Source: Rhizodiscina lignyota
Lineage: Eukaryota
DNA: 64,000 nt
NCBI GenBank assembly: GCA_010015805.1
Contig: ML978124.1
Coordinates: 2,108,001 to 2,172,000 of the forward strand
Direction of reading: 5' to 3'
A program made the position numbers and the translations under genes. The notes below the pieces were generated by a model. That model searched no databases, was not told where the DNA came from, and worked only from the letters and a program-made list of their open reading frames with translations. Of the stretch, positions 51,432-64,000 are shown piece after piece. Position 1 is the stretch's first letter, and every line of letters begins with the position of its first letter.

Positions 51432-54400
51432 TGGTGATGGTATCCTCGCTGCTGCGAGCCTACCCGTCGTGTGGTGAAGTGCGGCGTGGCACCGCCCTGA
51501 ATTGCTTCAGAGGGTGGGAGTGGAATGTCGATGATGCAAAAGGGCTGGAAGGGCAAGGCCAGAGCGGGTGCGGAAGGGTCGAGCCTTAAACAAGCTCCAG
51601 CTGCTGGGACGGTAATGGCTGCAGGCGTGCACTTTGCTGCTATTAGCAGGTGGAGCAGGATGCTGGCGCTCGTCGTTACCGGAGGCGTGGTCGACAGTCA
51701 GTGCGAGCGTGATGGCAGGGAAGCCGCTGGCGGCGTCCGGCGCGAGGCTCGACAAGGCAAGGTTGGACTTGGTACGGGTTGAGGGAGCAAGCGAAACCTT
51801 ACTGCCCGGCCTAGAGAGCTCTTGGGTATGGGGATGGGAATGCGTGCGATGGGGTGCTGGGCCTGCGGAACTTTTAATACAGGCCCGGAGAGTCGTGGGC
51901 GAGTCACTGCAGGGGGGGAAGGGCAGTGCGCTCTCTGGATCAGAACAGCAGAAGAGGCCCCAGGCAAGCCCGTCCACACCAACAGCGTGCACTTGCCACC
52001 CTTTTCCGCACTGCCAGTCGACCGTGCGCGGCGCTTGCACTTGGCGCCGATGGATGGGAGGTGGATGGGTGTGGGTATGGGCACCGTCCGCTACACAGCG
52101 CCAGACGCGAGCATTACAGTATTTTGGGAAATGGGGGGAGCGGAGAAGGGGCGTCCGGCCTTTGCCTCTTGCAGCGCGAACGACCCGAGCAGGTGAACAG
52201 GATGTCGTATGCAGTCAGTCGTCAGGGCAAACCCGCGAGCTGACTGATGGAGTTGGTACAGGGCACGAGAGGCAGGCGTGCCAGCTGGTCACGACAGCTG
52301 GATATCAGCGAGAACCGGAGGAATGCGATGAGCTTATCTGCACGCCGCTCTGGGGGACAACTTGCAAGTGTGCTGAGCACGTACTTCGGTCTGGGTCCCC
52401 GGCGATATTGCGCTTGGGATGCTTGGGAAGCCTCGCTCCACTAGCAAAGAGCATCGGCGTTCCCGACGGCCTCGCGCGAACGCTTCCGCGAGTTTACAAT
52501 GCTCCATGGTATGCTACTGCGCTGCTCCGCGTGCTTGGAGCGGGCACGTCGTCGTACGTCCTCGGTGCTTACAGTTGTGATCCATCCAGTACTGGTAGGA
52601 GTGTCGCTCCCTACTGGCCATAGCCCCATCCCGCATGCTCGGAGAGGATGGCCTGTGCCGCTAGCGCTGCTTGAGCCGATCCGACAGAGTGGTTTGGGAT
52701 TGGCCTTGGAATTTTAGGCCGAGCCATCCCAGCTGGCCGGTTCATTCGTTACTTACGTGTGTGCCGAATAAGGGGCAGCAGCCCTTTTTCGAAACCCGTC
52801 GACACCGTGCACGCCGTACCGTCTGATCAAAACGCCCCATTAGCTCCCGGCCTGAGGCTGTCAAAACGACCTCGAGCGCGTGCGTCTCACTCCAGCGGGT
52901 CATGCCCGGAGCATACGCGGACGTCTATCATCAGCGTCATCGCCGCAGCCTGTTATTTTCGGCCGTGTCTGGTACGGATGCATTCCCTCAATCGCTGCTG
53001 CTGGACCATTGCGCCGGTTCAGCTTAGGTAGGTAGAAGGAATTAGAGCATTTTTTTAGTCTTACCGTTGCTAGATGCCGCCGCTTGCCGTGACAAAACAA
53101 GGATGTAGAGAAAAGCATTTTTGCAACCCATCTTCGATCTTCCACCACTCCTAGCAACCCATGCCTTCCGGCTCCAGCTCGTGTGCGAATCGGTTGTCTG
53201 AGGAGGACATTGCTGCGTGTCGTCCGGGCCAAAGCCTGCATCGGAATCTGGCAGCCTCAGCACATGCGCAAGCCCAGCGTGTGCAGATGGTCGCCCCAAA
53301 CCGTCGGGTGACTTTGATGAAAAAGCCCACTCTCAACTCCTCAACAAGACAAGTCGCCTCCCTGCCGGGTCGCTGGGAAGTGCAGCATCAGCATCTTCTA
53401 GTCAGGTACAGGAGAATACGAGAGACCCTGATGAATGCTTCAACCTTTTCAGCTGCGCGGCAGACAGAGTGGTATTCAGGTGACGCATGTCGTTCTGGAC
53501 TGCCATGCGGTGCGTTCCAAAGTGCGGCGAGAGGCAAAGCGACTGTATTACCGTTTCCAGGTCCAGATTCAAATTCCTGCCCATCTCGCCGCGGCATGAA
53601 GAGCGCAGTCCGCACCGAACTGGGCTCGACCCGAAAGGTAGGATAGCAGTCTACTAGGAGGAACTGATTACGCGAGAATAGGCCCGAAAATGCGGCCCTG
53701 TGGGTGTAGTAGTGCATCGTGGGAGCCGGCTGAGAGCGCGTGCAAGGAAAAGAAAATCGACATTTCCACGCCGGTCCAGGATCGTCGCTCAGAGAGGGGA
53801 CGTCTCGTGGAGAACCAGCTGGACGGGTTAAGAGATTGCAAGGGAGATCCTCCAATAACGTGCACAGCGCCTTCTTCCTGGGGAGTTCATGACCAGAGCG
53901 GAATTTGTAGCGGTGTGCATCACTGCCATAGACTTGTTCGACGCATCAGCCACGGCCGCTCTTCATCACTCAGCTAGCCCAATGCGCGCTGGCTCTCGGG
54001 TCAAACTGTCGCGAGTGAATAATCGTGAGGCTTGCATTCCGACAGTGAGGTAGGCTGGTGGAGTCGGATATCAAATTGTATCAGGTGATGCGGTGCGGAC
54101 GTCTTGCTGTCTGCGCGCTGCGTTTTCTTTCACGCCTGCCAAGCCACACCAATCTTACGCCGTGATTTCATGACGCCAAAGTAACGGGCGTAAGATATTA
54201 CCTGCGTCGCACATTGGCGGCAAGGGCGGCACCCTCTATTTCTCGACTTCAGCATCAAGAATATCTTTGAATCCTTCCGTCGGGAACTTATCGAGCACCG
54301 TTTGATTAGCTCGCGTATGTAGCCGACGCCCTGAAGATCGCACTGCTATGCCCCTTCCTACACCACGTGTCGTTCGCAGTCTCGCACACTGTGCACAGCA

Positions 54401-57400
54401 GATGCTCCACGCGACGCTGTGTGGGGACGAAGATGCTTCTCGTCCAAACTCACGACGACAAGTTTCTGCCTCCGCAACCGGTCCTGCCGATCCGACACTC
54501 GCTCGTATGCGGCGTCGCTCATCTCCTCATTCAAGAGACGATGTGCAATGCTCGCTGCGAGAAGTCCTTCCTTCCGTCGAAGGATTCACTTGGATCTGAT
54601 GGCTTTTCGATTACATACGCCACGCTCAATTGCTGTATCCTTGCGAGCGCGGAGTTCCGCCAACGGTCGCTTGTCATTTGACAGAGATTCAGAAGCATGA
54701 GTCATTACCTTTTCTCCCTAACTATTGTAACTTCTGACTGGGCATTGGTAAATATACAATTCTTCATGCGGCGTCGGGCGCTAACAAAGGCACCACGGCG
54801 TGTATCTGCGCCTGCACCCTCGACCGAGAATATCTCGTTTTCGTCGCTCAAGCCATCGAGAACAGAGGCATGTTTCAACGACCTCCTCGAACGCCACAAT
54901 GCATGAAGGCATGCTCAAAGGCCAAGGGATACCGGACCGTCCAAACTACCGGAAGAAGCAATTGCCAGGCGCGTTCACCTACTTGACCATACCTAATCAG
55001 ATTTTGTATCGCTTAAAAGAGATGGACATCGTTTTCGGTCGGCAAAGGCTGTCTGAAACAATTCAGGCTGAAGACAGACCCGCTGGTCCGCACCGTTGGG
55101 TCTTTCGGCACGCGCCCGCGAACAGAATTTCCAGAGGCCCGGTGGTGGTGGTGGCTTGCACGGATATTACAGGCATGCTCCTTGTCCATATCACTGCAGG
55201 AGTACAGCAATGGAAACCACCACGCGTGGCATGGTTTCGTCAGGGCTTACGAAATGCCCACAGTGTGAGCATCGCGAAAAGTTGCGACGCGATATCCTTC
55301 GCCAACTCCTGTGCGAATGGCGTGCAAAATGGCACAACCAAGGTATGTAAGACAACGAGAGAAACCTCGGGAGTATGATTTTTTCCAGTTGATGCATTTA
55401 TTTCTCGTGGCGCTCCTAGCGCGCTCTTTTCATTACTTCTGTTGAGTTGAAGGATTCTTCCACGGCGCGAGTAAACCAGTGAGCTGGGCAGTCCTCATCT
55501 TGAACACACATCGAATACGCCATCCGATCCTCAGTGCGGCGGAACTAGCTTATCTGCATTCATGATTGCCAAGCCTCTTTTCGTATCTGCTGCTAATATT
55601 CATAGTTGACGCATTTGCATTGCGTTCTTCAACATGAAGAGTCCTCTCTTCAGGTCCCACGAAATCCGACTTTCTCCCCTTGCGCCTACCACCAGGCGGG
55701 CGGGCGCCATTCAGCAGGTACGCGGTTTGACACTTGACCAATGAAAAGAGCCGCCGCCGCCCGTCTTCACCAGTGAAATTCCGCGCTGTGGAGAACCCTG
55801 TCGAAACTTCAAGGCGTTTTCAAATGCCAACAGGATTGGATAGATTTCAGCCATTCCCGCGTCTCCAATATCTTGCAGCAATGCAGCATGCAACAGGTGA
55901 GAACGTGCCGGCAGGAGAAGCGCAAAATGACGTAAAGGGGAGACCCTCGAAACTTTCAGAATTTCTGCAGCAAACGTCTCTCAAGGAGTTCTCCAATTAT
56001 GTAAAGATGTAGAATGAGCCGCTTCTGGCATTCTGGCGTTCTGGCGTTTGCTTCGAAGCTTTGCACGGAGCAGTACTTACTGCGACTGGATTTAAACCCA
56101 TCTAGAGGGGGAAATACACTACTCAACCCAATACGGACGGCTCCCCTTCGGAAAAGCAGATCGTCGATTGCTCTCGGAGAGCAGAATATCGAGTAGAATT
56201 TCAACAAAGACTCGACGGTATCTGAACTTTATTATATCTTGAATATTGGTCTTTTCCTCGTCTGAAGTTGCATTTAATTCCATTCACCGCAATGATTGCA
56301 TTGCGCCGTCCAGAGGTGCCTTTATTAGCTCGTCATCCGAAAAGCCGCATGTTTCGAATGTGCCGTGCTCTCAGCGCCACAGATTCACTCCTATTCGAGA
56401 CTAGAAACAGAGCCGCATTCTTAGCTGAAACAAATCACCCTTGTTCAATCCCGATTTTATCTCAACACCATGTTCTTATTCTACTCCTAATTTCTACACT
56501 CCCCCGGAGCTGGATGCATGCCTTGAGCCCAAAATGGCTACTGACAAGACCTGACAATGGGCCAGACCAGCCATTCGTACTCGCTTACGAAAGCAGCTTT
56601 GGCAGCTCGTTTAAATTCATTGAGACCCCGGATGGGCCCCGAAATGACGTCTGGACCTCAATCCAAATTCCGCACGAGTCACGCCATTTCTTTGAACTTT
56701 AAGCACTGCCGAAGCCCAATATATTCGCACTGAGGACACGCCGCGCGGCTGTCAATTGTCTTCTATCCACGTTGCCAATCAAGCGACGTGCAGAAAGACT
56801 CCAACCAGTCGACCACGCGAACCCGCCGACCACGCATGTGGTAGCCATCCCGCGACACATGGACCGGGCCCCCCGGGAACGAAGACGCGGGCGTTCCGAC
56901 CCAATAAAATAGCGCTCTATCTAGGATCCAATGTACCTCACCAGATCACAAGGCCGTTTTACGGGTCCTGCTGAGGTTTCTCCAGCAAAAGGATCACCCA
57001 AGCTGCAGCCAAGCTCCGCCATGTGGACGAACACTCTCTGGAGAATGACAAAAGAGCTGCGTTACAGCTGCGCCACTTCCTTCGCTTCCACCAGCCGGCA
57101 TAGAATCTTCTTTCTCATTTCTGCGCAGGCCGACTGCATGGCGTTGGCAAGCACGAGATGCAGCCTACCGCTTTAGGATCTTGACATACAGCATACCCCG
57201 CAATCGCTTCGAGGCATGTATCGCTGGCTTGCCGACTGCAGCTGGCCACGACGCTGAATTCGCAGCATTCCTTCCAGCTATGTTACCCGATCGTTTCAAA
57301 CGACTCTTCCGCTGTTTGGTGGAACAATTACTGTGGCGCCTGTATGGTGATGCTCCCATCCGATCGTCACTCACTAGACTGGTTGCCTGCTACGCGGAAG

Positions 57401-59535
57401 ACTGCAACAGGGTCGCCACTGCGGGTGGAATCGGAGAATTTGCAGGTGGATCTGTATCACCTGCCCTTTGCTTTAAGGTGTGACGAATACTACATCGTAA
57501 TGCTTCGGATCTGTGTTTCAGCTGGCGAGAGAACGTGCTGTTAGAATCACTTCCGCAGAAGAATCGCGGAACTCAACAGTTGGACGTCCTGTTATAGGTT
57601 CGTGTTGTTGATGCGGGCCAGCATTCTTCTTCGCGATGCCGGCAGTGTTTGTTGAGGGAACTAGCCATGCTGCCGTTTATCGTACCCTGTATGGGTTTGT
57701 TGTCCCGGATGCGCTTTCGAAGCACGATCGATTCCGCATGAGCCAAGGGTATCCGATGTCCTTTGGTGGTCAGTCGGTCTGCCAGGATCTTCAGTTCCAT
57801 CAGGAATAGATTCAACTGTAGGGCGAGGTTGTTCCGCCCTTCGCCATTAGCGTGATATCTATTCGATATGTTGCGTTATTCCTAGTGAATAATTGGACAA
57901 AGGTGACATAGATTCAAGTACATATTGACTGGCGAGAAGTAGGGGTGCTGCCGGTACCATAATTTTGAAGTGATACGCGGTAAGTTGCAAATTCCTTCTT
58001 CACAGAAATTTTGACGCGAGCTCGAAAGACTTTGATGAAACTATCTGAACTTCAACTTCAGGGATAAAACAGGTAAAGGATATCAAGCATATCTTGGTAT
58101 TAATTGCATCCGTGTCATGCTAGATAATCGAGATATAAGACTGAAGGAATGATGAAGCGAAAAATAAAGCCAAGACGAAATATCGGGGCTCCGCTATCTC
58201 TAACTGAACGACCCGTCGCGGAATCTGGGCGCTCAAACTTTAACTGCACGTTGAAAGTTTAGATAGCTTTTCATACGCTCGGTCGATGTGCAAGAAGCTC
58301 TCTTGCCTTTTCAAATATTGCGAGGTACCTTGATGTACAAGCACAATATCCCATTAGGGTTAGGGTGGTTTGAATATCAAGGAACGGCTTCTTGATAGCG
58401 AGTCGGCCCATTCACACTATGCACTCTAGCCTAGTGTCCTACGCTAATTGGGTGTGGACGATGAAAGCGTCAACCATCCCGACGATCTGGAACTTTTAGT
58501 CGCTTCCAATGATTGAGCCGTTGTGTGACTCTCTCGCCAGCGTGCAGGACGGGAAGAAACAGCTCACACGACAAATTGCCGAATCGAGTCCAACGCCGCC
58601 TGGGGTGCAAGACCCAGAGGTTTGTCAGTCCGTCCCAAGATCTCTAATCTCAGCAATCCTACGTGGGGGTTGATGGGGTTTGCAGATCGATTATACATAG
58701 TAAACTGTGGTATGACCAATCGGGCAGGTAATATACGGAACTCCGGCAGGTAGAAGTCATCCTCGCAGTGACGATGCTGGAACTCAGTCCATGATTTGAG
58801 TGTCGATGGTTCATACTAAAATAGCATCGCGTGCCTAATTGCTTACTGTAGAGAAGGGACATGGTTCGAGAATATGCGAAGCTGATTCTTGATGTTCCAT
58901 AATCTTATTGTGACATTGCCCTCTTTCAAACTTAGCCGGAAATCCATAAGCGGAATAACTGTTTTCAAACACCAAGCATCGATACTATCATATCTATCTC
59001 TTAGAAATCGAGACAGTTAGATAGCTATTGCCGTGAATAGAAAGTTAGCGTATTTAGACCTTGATGAATGCGTAGTGTGGATTCTTCACGAATGCGGAAT
59101 TGACACAGATAGCGTAGTCTTCAGAGCATAGGAAGCTGTAAAGAACAACAGCATACCTGTTTTTCAAATTGTATATCCTGATTCAAAGCGTAGGTAGAAA
59201 GCTTCTCAATTTGTGCAATGAGATTCTGTTTAAGAGGACTCGCGCTCCAATCAGAAGTAGAGGTGAGGTTGGCAGGGCGGCAAGTTCCGCATCCGAACAC
59301 TTCTTCCCGTTGCGCGCTTTGACGCGTCTTTCAAGCTGTGAGCTGTGAGCTTGGAAAGCTACACCAGTCCATTGACAAAGTGTGCTACCTCTCACGGCTT
59401 CTTTCGATAACACCAGCACACTCTCGCGTCACCCTTCGGACCAAATGACGAGGTAGCGCCACCGAATCTACCAGTACTCCCTCTCCTCACTTGATCTAAC
59501 GTTGCGTCTTTCACGCCGCGTCCACGACCGAAAAC

Positions 59536-62500
59536 ATGTTCAAGGTACCAGAGAGTACGCCTCCGTCGACGCCAGACACTCGTCGCAGCAGTGTCAACCA
59601 TCCGTCTACCACTCCAGCTGGTCCTCCTCCAACAAATTATACACAAAACTCCTTCACGCCCGCTGGTCTTCCACCCACTTCAATTTTCGGGAGCTCTCAG
59701 TTAGACACCGGTAACTCGAGAATACCTGCACCAATTTTTGGCTCCTCGAATCTCGGCAATGCATTTCCTGCGCGGTCGTCTACTCACACGAATGCATTCA
59801 TGCGCGCCAACAACGCGCCTACAGCCAAAGCGTCGAACCTGAGCAGTTTCAGAGTACCAAGCAGTAGCCCTCCCGCTCGAGACGACGAGCAAGACGGAGA
59901 ATACGAAGAAGACACAGAAGTCGAGGATGAGGATGCTATGGAAGAAGATGATGGACTGAGGAGCCGTGGCGCCTTTTCTGCTCAATCTCCGAAACGTGGC
60001 GTTTCAACTGGGGCACCCAGCTCTCCACGCAGCACAAAGAGGTCGAGATATGATGAATCCATGCGGCAAACTAGACGCTCAGATGCAGCCATTCCGATCG
60101 CCGACTTTGGAGGAATAGCGAAGGGAATTGCTGCTGATTTGCCGCTTCCCTCACTCGACGAGCCTGGCCACTTGATCATACAGACAGAAGAGATTATCCG
60201 GAACTTGTATGAAGAAGAAATTAACGAGTCACTGCCAAGAATTGCGGACGAGCTAAGAGCACTCTGGAATACTGCAGGAGTGGAATTAGCGCCAGTGCCT
60301 CGCTTAGAGTCCCCGCCCATCGGTCCTAGTGAGAAGGCAAATCCGGTCACCAAAGCAAGCTATATCGTGAACCTGCTCCTCCAGCTGCATTATCCACCGG
60401 CAAGCGATACCCGGACCGCTTTGGTAAACTCGAGATTCGGCCGGTCTTCAATTCAATCTCCAGGCTCCAGACCCCACGTACCAATGCCAAAGGTGCTCTT
60501 AAACTGGCTCAACAAGGACCACGACACGACAGCTGAAGACCTCCATGAGATCCTTAGTTTAGAGAATGGGTTTTCGGCCGCTGAAGATTTCTGGGACAGT
60601 GTCTTCTCTTGTGTCTTTCGAGGCAACTTTGAAACCGCCATCATGCTGCTTAGAGGCGCGAACTGGAGCGTTGCTGAATGTGCGACGTCGGATGGCTACG
60701 AGGAACCAGGTTATGAAGGGCGGCAGCTGCAACATACAGAAATTGCTGTAGATCGAGCCATCACCTTGCTCGAAACTTGTCCTGCAGTTACAAGCAACGA
60801 CTGGGACATAAAGGGAAACGAATGGGCTTTATTCCGCCATCGCGTACGGCAAGCAATCACAGAGTTAGAGGCGCACGCAGAAGAAGGAAAGGGAGAAGAG
60901 TTGTTTAATCTCGATCAATCTACAGAGACTGCGCGCAATTCCTATTTTGGCATTAGCACTTCGAGCCGAAAAGCGACTGAGAGCAGACTCCCATCCTTCA
61001 TTTTCGAAAGCCTGTCTGATATGTTCAACACCATGTTAGGCGACCCGCTAGAGGTTATCAAGACTGCTACTGACTGGGTGGAAGCCGTTATTGGAATAGC
61101 AGTGTGGTGGGACGGAGAGGAGGACGAGACTACACGTGGTGGAAGTCTTGCCGCGAACCGCCGATCATTCCAAAGGTCACAACATAGTCGGCCATCCGAT
61201 GTTACACCATCATCCGCGTATCGCGATAAGCTCAAGTGGGCTCTGAACCGCATATGGACTTGGGCCGATGATGAGCAGCAGCTGCAGGTCAACACCTCAA
61301 GCTCGATAGAAGTTGCTCTCGCCTGCGTTTTTGCAAACGACATAGAGGGAGTGCTAGCACTATTGCAGAAATGGTCGATGACTGTCGCTGCGGGGACTGT
61401 AGAAGTCGCAAGCGCTGGAGGCTGGCTCGAGCAGAGCAATCCAAGATCGAAAGACTTGTTGCAAAACTTCGACAAGAGCGATCTTATGGTCCTCAGTTTC
61501 GTCCAAGAAGACAGCGACCAATCCCAAAAGGACAGAATCCTTTCGAAGTACGCAGATCTCTTACAGTATAGAGGTGCTCTCACGGATGAGTATTCCTCGC
61601 CGAAGGTGGACGGATGGCAATTGGCTGTGCAGGTACTCACCAGACTTGACGACGAAACGGAGAGCCGGAATCGAATCAGCGAATTGCTCGATGAGTTACC
61701 ACTAGATTCCGACGAAACAGTGGATCAACTCATCACGATATGCGATCAGCTCAATCTGCCGGACCACGTCAAAGGCATTGCAGAGGTATGACACTATGAA
61801 GTTCGCTAGAGACACCGCTAATCTGATATGTAGCGTTATGCTGAAAATTTGGCTGCAACCACACAATCGTATGGCTCGGCTTTGCTATATTACGCACGTG
61901 CACACAACACGACCAAAATGAGGGAGGTGCTCGACCTCTTGATCTCTCATTGTCTGGTCACATCGTCCGCATACCCAGCATTTGCCGACCTCGATCCGAG
62001 CCTGAAGTCCTTTATCACCTCTCCTAAACAAGCCCTCACACGCTTGGCACGCGAAGATGTTGAGGCAGCAGAGCTGTTGTCTACCTATCTGAGCGGCTAT
62101 GCGACATTACGTCGCTTCTACGACCTGCGAGACGAAGAGGTTGGATTGAAAGAGGGCCAGAAGCCCAAACACCGACCACTTGCGCGCAAGAGGGAAGCGG
62201 CAGCAGCGCTGATAGCTGTGATCGAGAGTGCTGAAGATAGCATTCGCGGCGGCCTGTATGATCCAGAAGTTGACGTCGTGGTACAAGTCGATGGACTCTT
62301 AGTGCTCCTTGGAGAGGCACTGGTGTTCTTAAATCGTGAGTCTCACCTGGTTCATGTGATTTCCCCCTTAAACGAAACCATTCTGACCATTTCTCTTCTT
62401 ACAGAGCAACGACATACGTTCTCGCTACCACAAGCTTTCGCCATACTCAAAGCCGCCGAGGACCTGCAAACGGTGGGCTCCCGCATTTTCGAACAATGCG

Positions 62501-62874
62501 ACTCAGTCCTTCAAGCTGCCTTGGCGAATTACCATGACGGAACTCTCCCCGCAACCCTATCCCCATCTAAGCAGCAACCTCGCTCTCTGCACCGTTCCGG
62601 GACTTCCGGCTCAGGCATGACCGGTAGCCAATTCTCGCTGTTGGAAGCTTCTACGTATAGCTCACAAGACTTTGCTGCATCGCCAGCATCATCGGGTTCG
62701 GAGCTGCTTGTCAGAGCCCGTCCACGTACTGCTGATCGAGAAAAGGAGGGCGGCAAGGGCTGGGATTGGAGAGTAGGCTTTGCGAGAAAGACGGCTGGCA
62801 AGGAGGTTTTGGGCGTGCTGAGATTGGCAGTTGCAAAGGAGATTGCGGATGGTTGGATGGAGGAAGAAGAGTAA
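59536..62874 (+). CDS. NUP85: Nucleoporin Nup85-like
   Basis: S/P-rich N-terminus (STTPAGPPP), 'DFWDSVFSCVFRGNF', 'DWVEAVIG..VWWDG', 'YGSALLYYARAH'. Introns 61786-61833 and 62336-62404. Confidence 0.8.
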
Positions 62875-63441
62875 TGATTGTGCATGTTTCCCCAATCATT
62901 CCAGTAGCGAAGATTTGAGTTTGGAAGAAAATCAGTGAGCTTGGACAGTTGGGCCTTCGATTGCATCACAGCGCGCTTGCTGGCCTCAAGTGATGGCTAA
63001 CTACGATGGAAATCGAAAGAGTGTAGCATAAAAGAAGTTTTACTCTTCTGCTTATGCGAGAGCACAGCGGGAAGCTAAGTACGACATACCATGGCAAGTA
63101 TTTCTTCAGGTTGCATAGTTGTGATGAACATAATCTATCTTTACTGAAGCGACTTTACACTTAATAATTCCATGCCATCGATCAACCGTCTTGTCACCAC
63201 CGAGCTGCCCGCTGAACTTCGCACTACTTCCACAATCAGCAAAGGGTGATATTCAACGCACCCATATTCGCGAAGTCACACCAACCGGGGAGATATGCGG
63301 AGCTGGATCGGAGGTTACATCATGCTATAACTAGGCATCGTCTGTATACTGGACCGAACTTTTAAAAGCACGCAGTGCTCACTTGTCCTTATTTTTATCC
63401 TACATTAATCTCTCTACGATAAGTAACGACTAGTTGTGAAG

Positions 63442-64000
63442 ATGCCTCCCATCAATCTCAACTTCGCTAGCGCGCTCTACGACCGCGTCCTCCCCATGGC
63501 AATGGGAGAGGCACAGGCACCTGGTCTTTCTGTTAATTTTATAGAGATTCATCATCCGAGGTACTCGCAATCCTGTTAATCAATTTCGAGTGTGTTCCTC
63601 TCATCAGACGCACAGAGATGTATTCGACCGCATGATCGCAAATCGCGAATTCGATGCTTCTGAGCTCTCCAGCTCCGAATATATAACCCGCTACTGCGCC
63701 GGTGACCGCTCATTTATCGCTCTTCCGGTATTCCTTTCACGTGCTTTCCGACACAGCTTCATCGTCGTCAACAAGGATCGCATCAAGAAGCCTAGCGATC
63801 TGAATGGCAAAAGAATAGGTGTTCAGCTTTACACCATGACAGCAGCAGTGTATATACGAGGCTTGCTGCAGCACGAGTACGGCGTCGACTTATCAAGCAT
63901 CGAGTGGGTTGAGGGCAAGATGGAAGGACCGGGCGCGCATGGCAAACCGTCCAGTCTGCCAACACTGAAACCGGTCAAGATCACGTCGAACACGAAGCCC
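63442..64000 (+). CDS. 4,5-dihydroxyphthalate decarboxylase-like / periplasmic-binding-fold protein, 5' part (runs off the right edge)
   Basis: ATG 63442, intron 63561-63615: MPPINLNFASALYDRVLPM..G.....GL.VNF....PRDVFDRMIANREFDASELSSSEYI......SFIALPVFLSRAFRHSFIVVN...IKKPSDLNGKRIGVQLYTMTAAVYIRGLLQHEYGVDLSSIEWV. Absent from the ORF track. Confidence 0.8.

Noticed and set aside
51634..52623. 329-aa plus-strand ORF upstream of laeA
   Set aside because: Non-ATG start, GC-rich promoter DNA, low-information composition; a chance open frame is likely.
58355..58366. TTAGGG x2 here, and AGGGTTAGGG near 12522, as interstitial telomere relics
   Set aside because: Two units or fewer; compatible with chance.
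1173..62404. Six stop-free introns with lengths divisible by 3 as a programmed intron-retention system
   Set aside because: About 6 of 42 is close to what chance gives for introns this short.
1..64000. Secondary-metabolite cluster (P450, MFS, TF, methyltransferase), tRNA/rRNA genes or CRISPR
   Set aside because: No backbone synthase; the components are dispersed among housekeeping genes; no structured-RNA or array signature seen by eye (tRNAscan/Infernal not run).

Overview
Gene-dense, intron-containing DNA (GT-AG introns with CTRAY branch points) from a filamentous ascomycete (Pezizomycotina, probably Dothideomycete-like; inferred from gene style only). I rebuilt about 25 genes by hand-splicing. 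Left to right: the 5' end of a cytochrome P450 (cut by the window), a GPI-type cell-surface protein, DUS3, BAP31/YET, a secreted GlcG/HbpS-like heme-binding protein, three MFS transporters, TAF9, CMC1-like, an HSD17B10-like SDR, UTP11, a TPR/F-box/LRR protein (Dia2/Pof3-like), peroxisomal SCP2, a divergent L-rhamnonate dehydratase + RhaR-like Zn2Cys6 pair, a small secreted Cys-containing protein, a conserved hypothetical gene, a short/branched-chain acyl-CoA dehydrogenase, an 8-exon laeA orthologue with about 8 kb of gene-free upstream DNA, NUP85, and the 5' end of a bacterial-type 4,5-dihydroxyphthalate decarboxylase-like gene that the ORF track missed. I saw no rRNA, tRNA, CRISPR or recognisable transposon, and found no convincing wholly new multi-gene system. 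The best leads are the bacterial-type decarboxylase and HbpS-like genes, the reduced rhamnose cluster, the laeA regulatory region, a strand-biased G-tract/GC-rich island around ACAD-laeA, and several promoter motifs. All family assignments come from motif recognition, not database searches.
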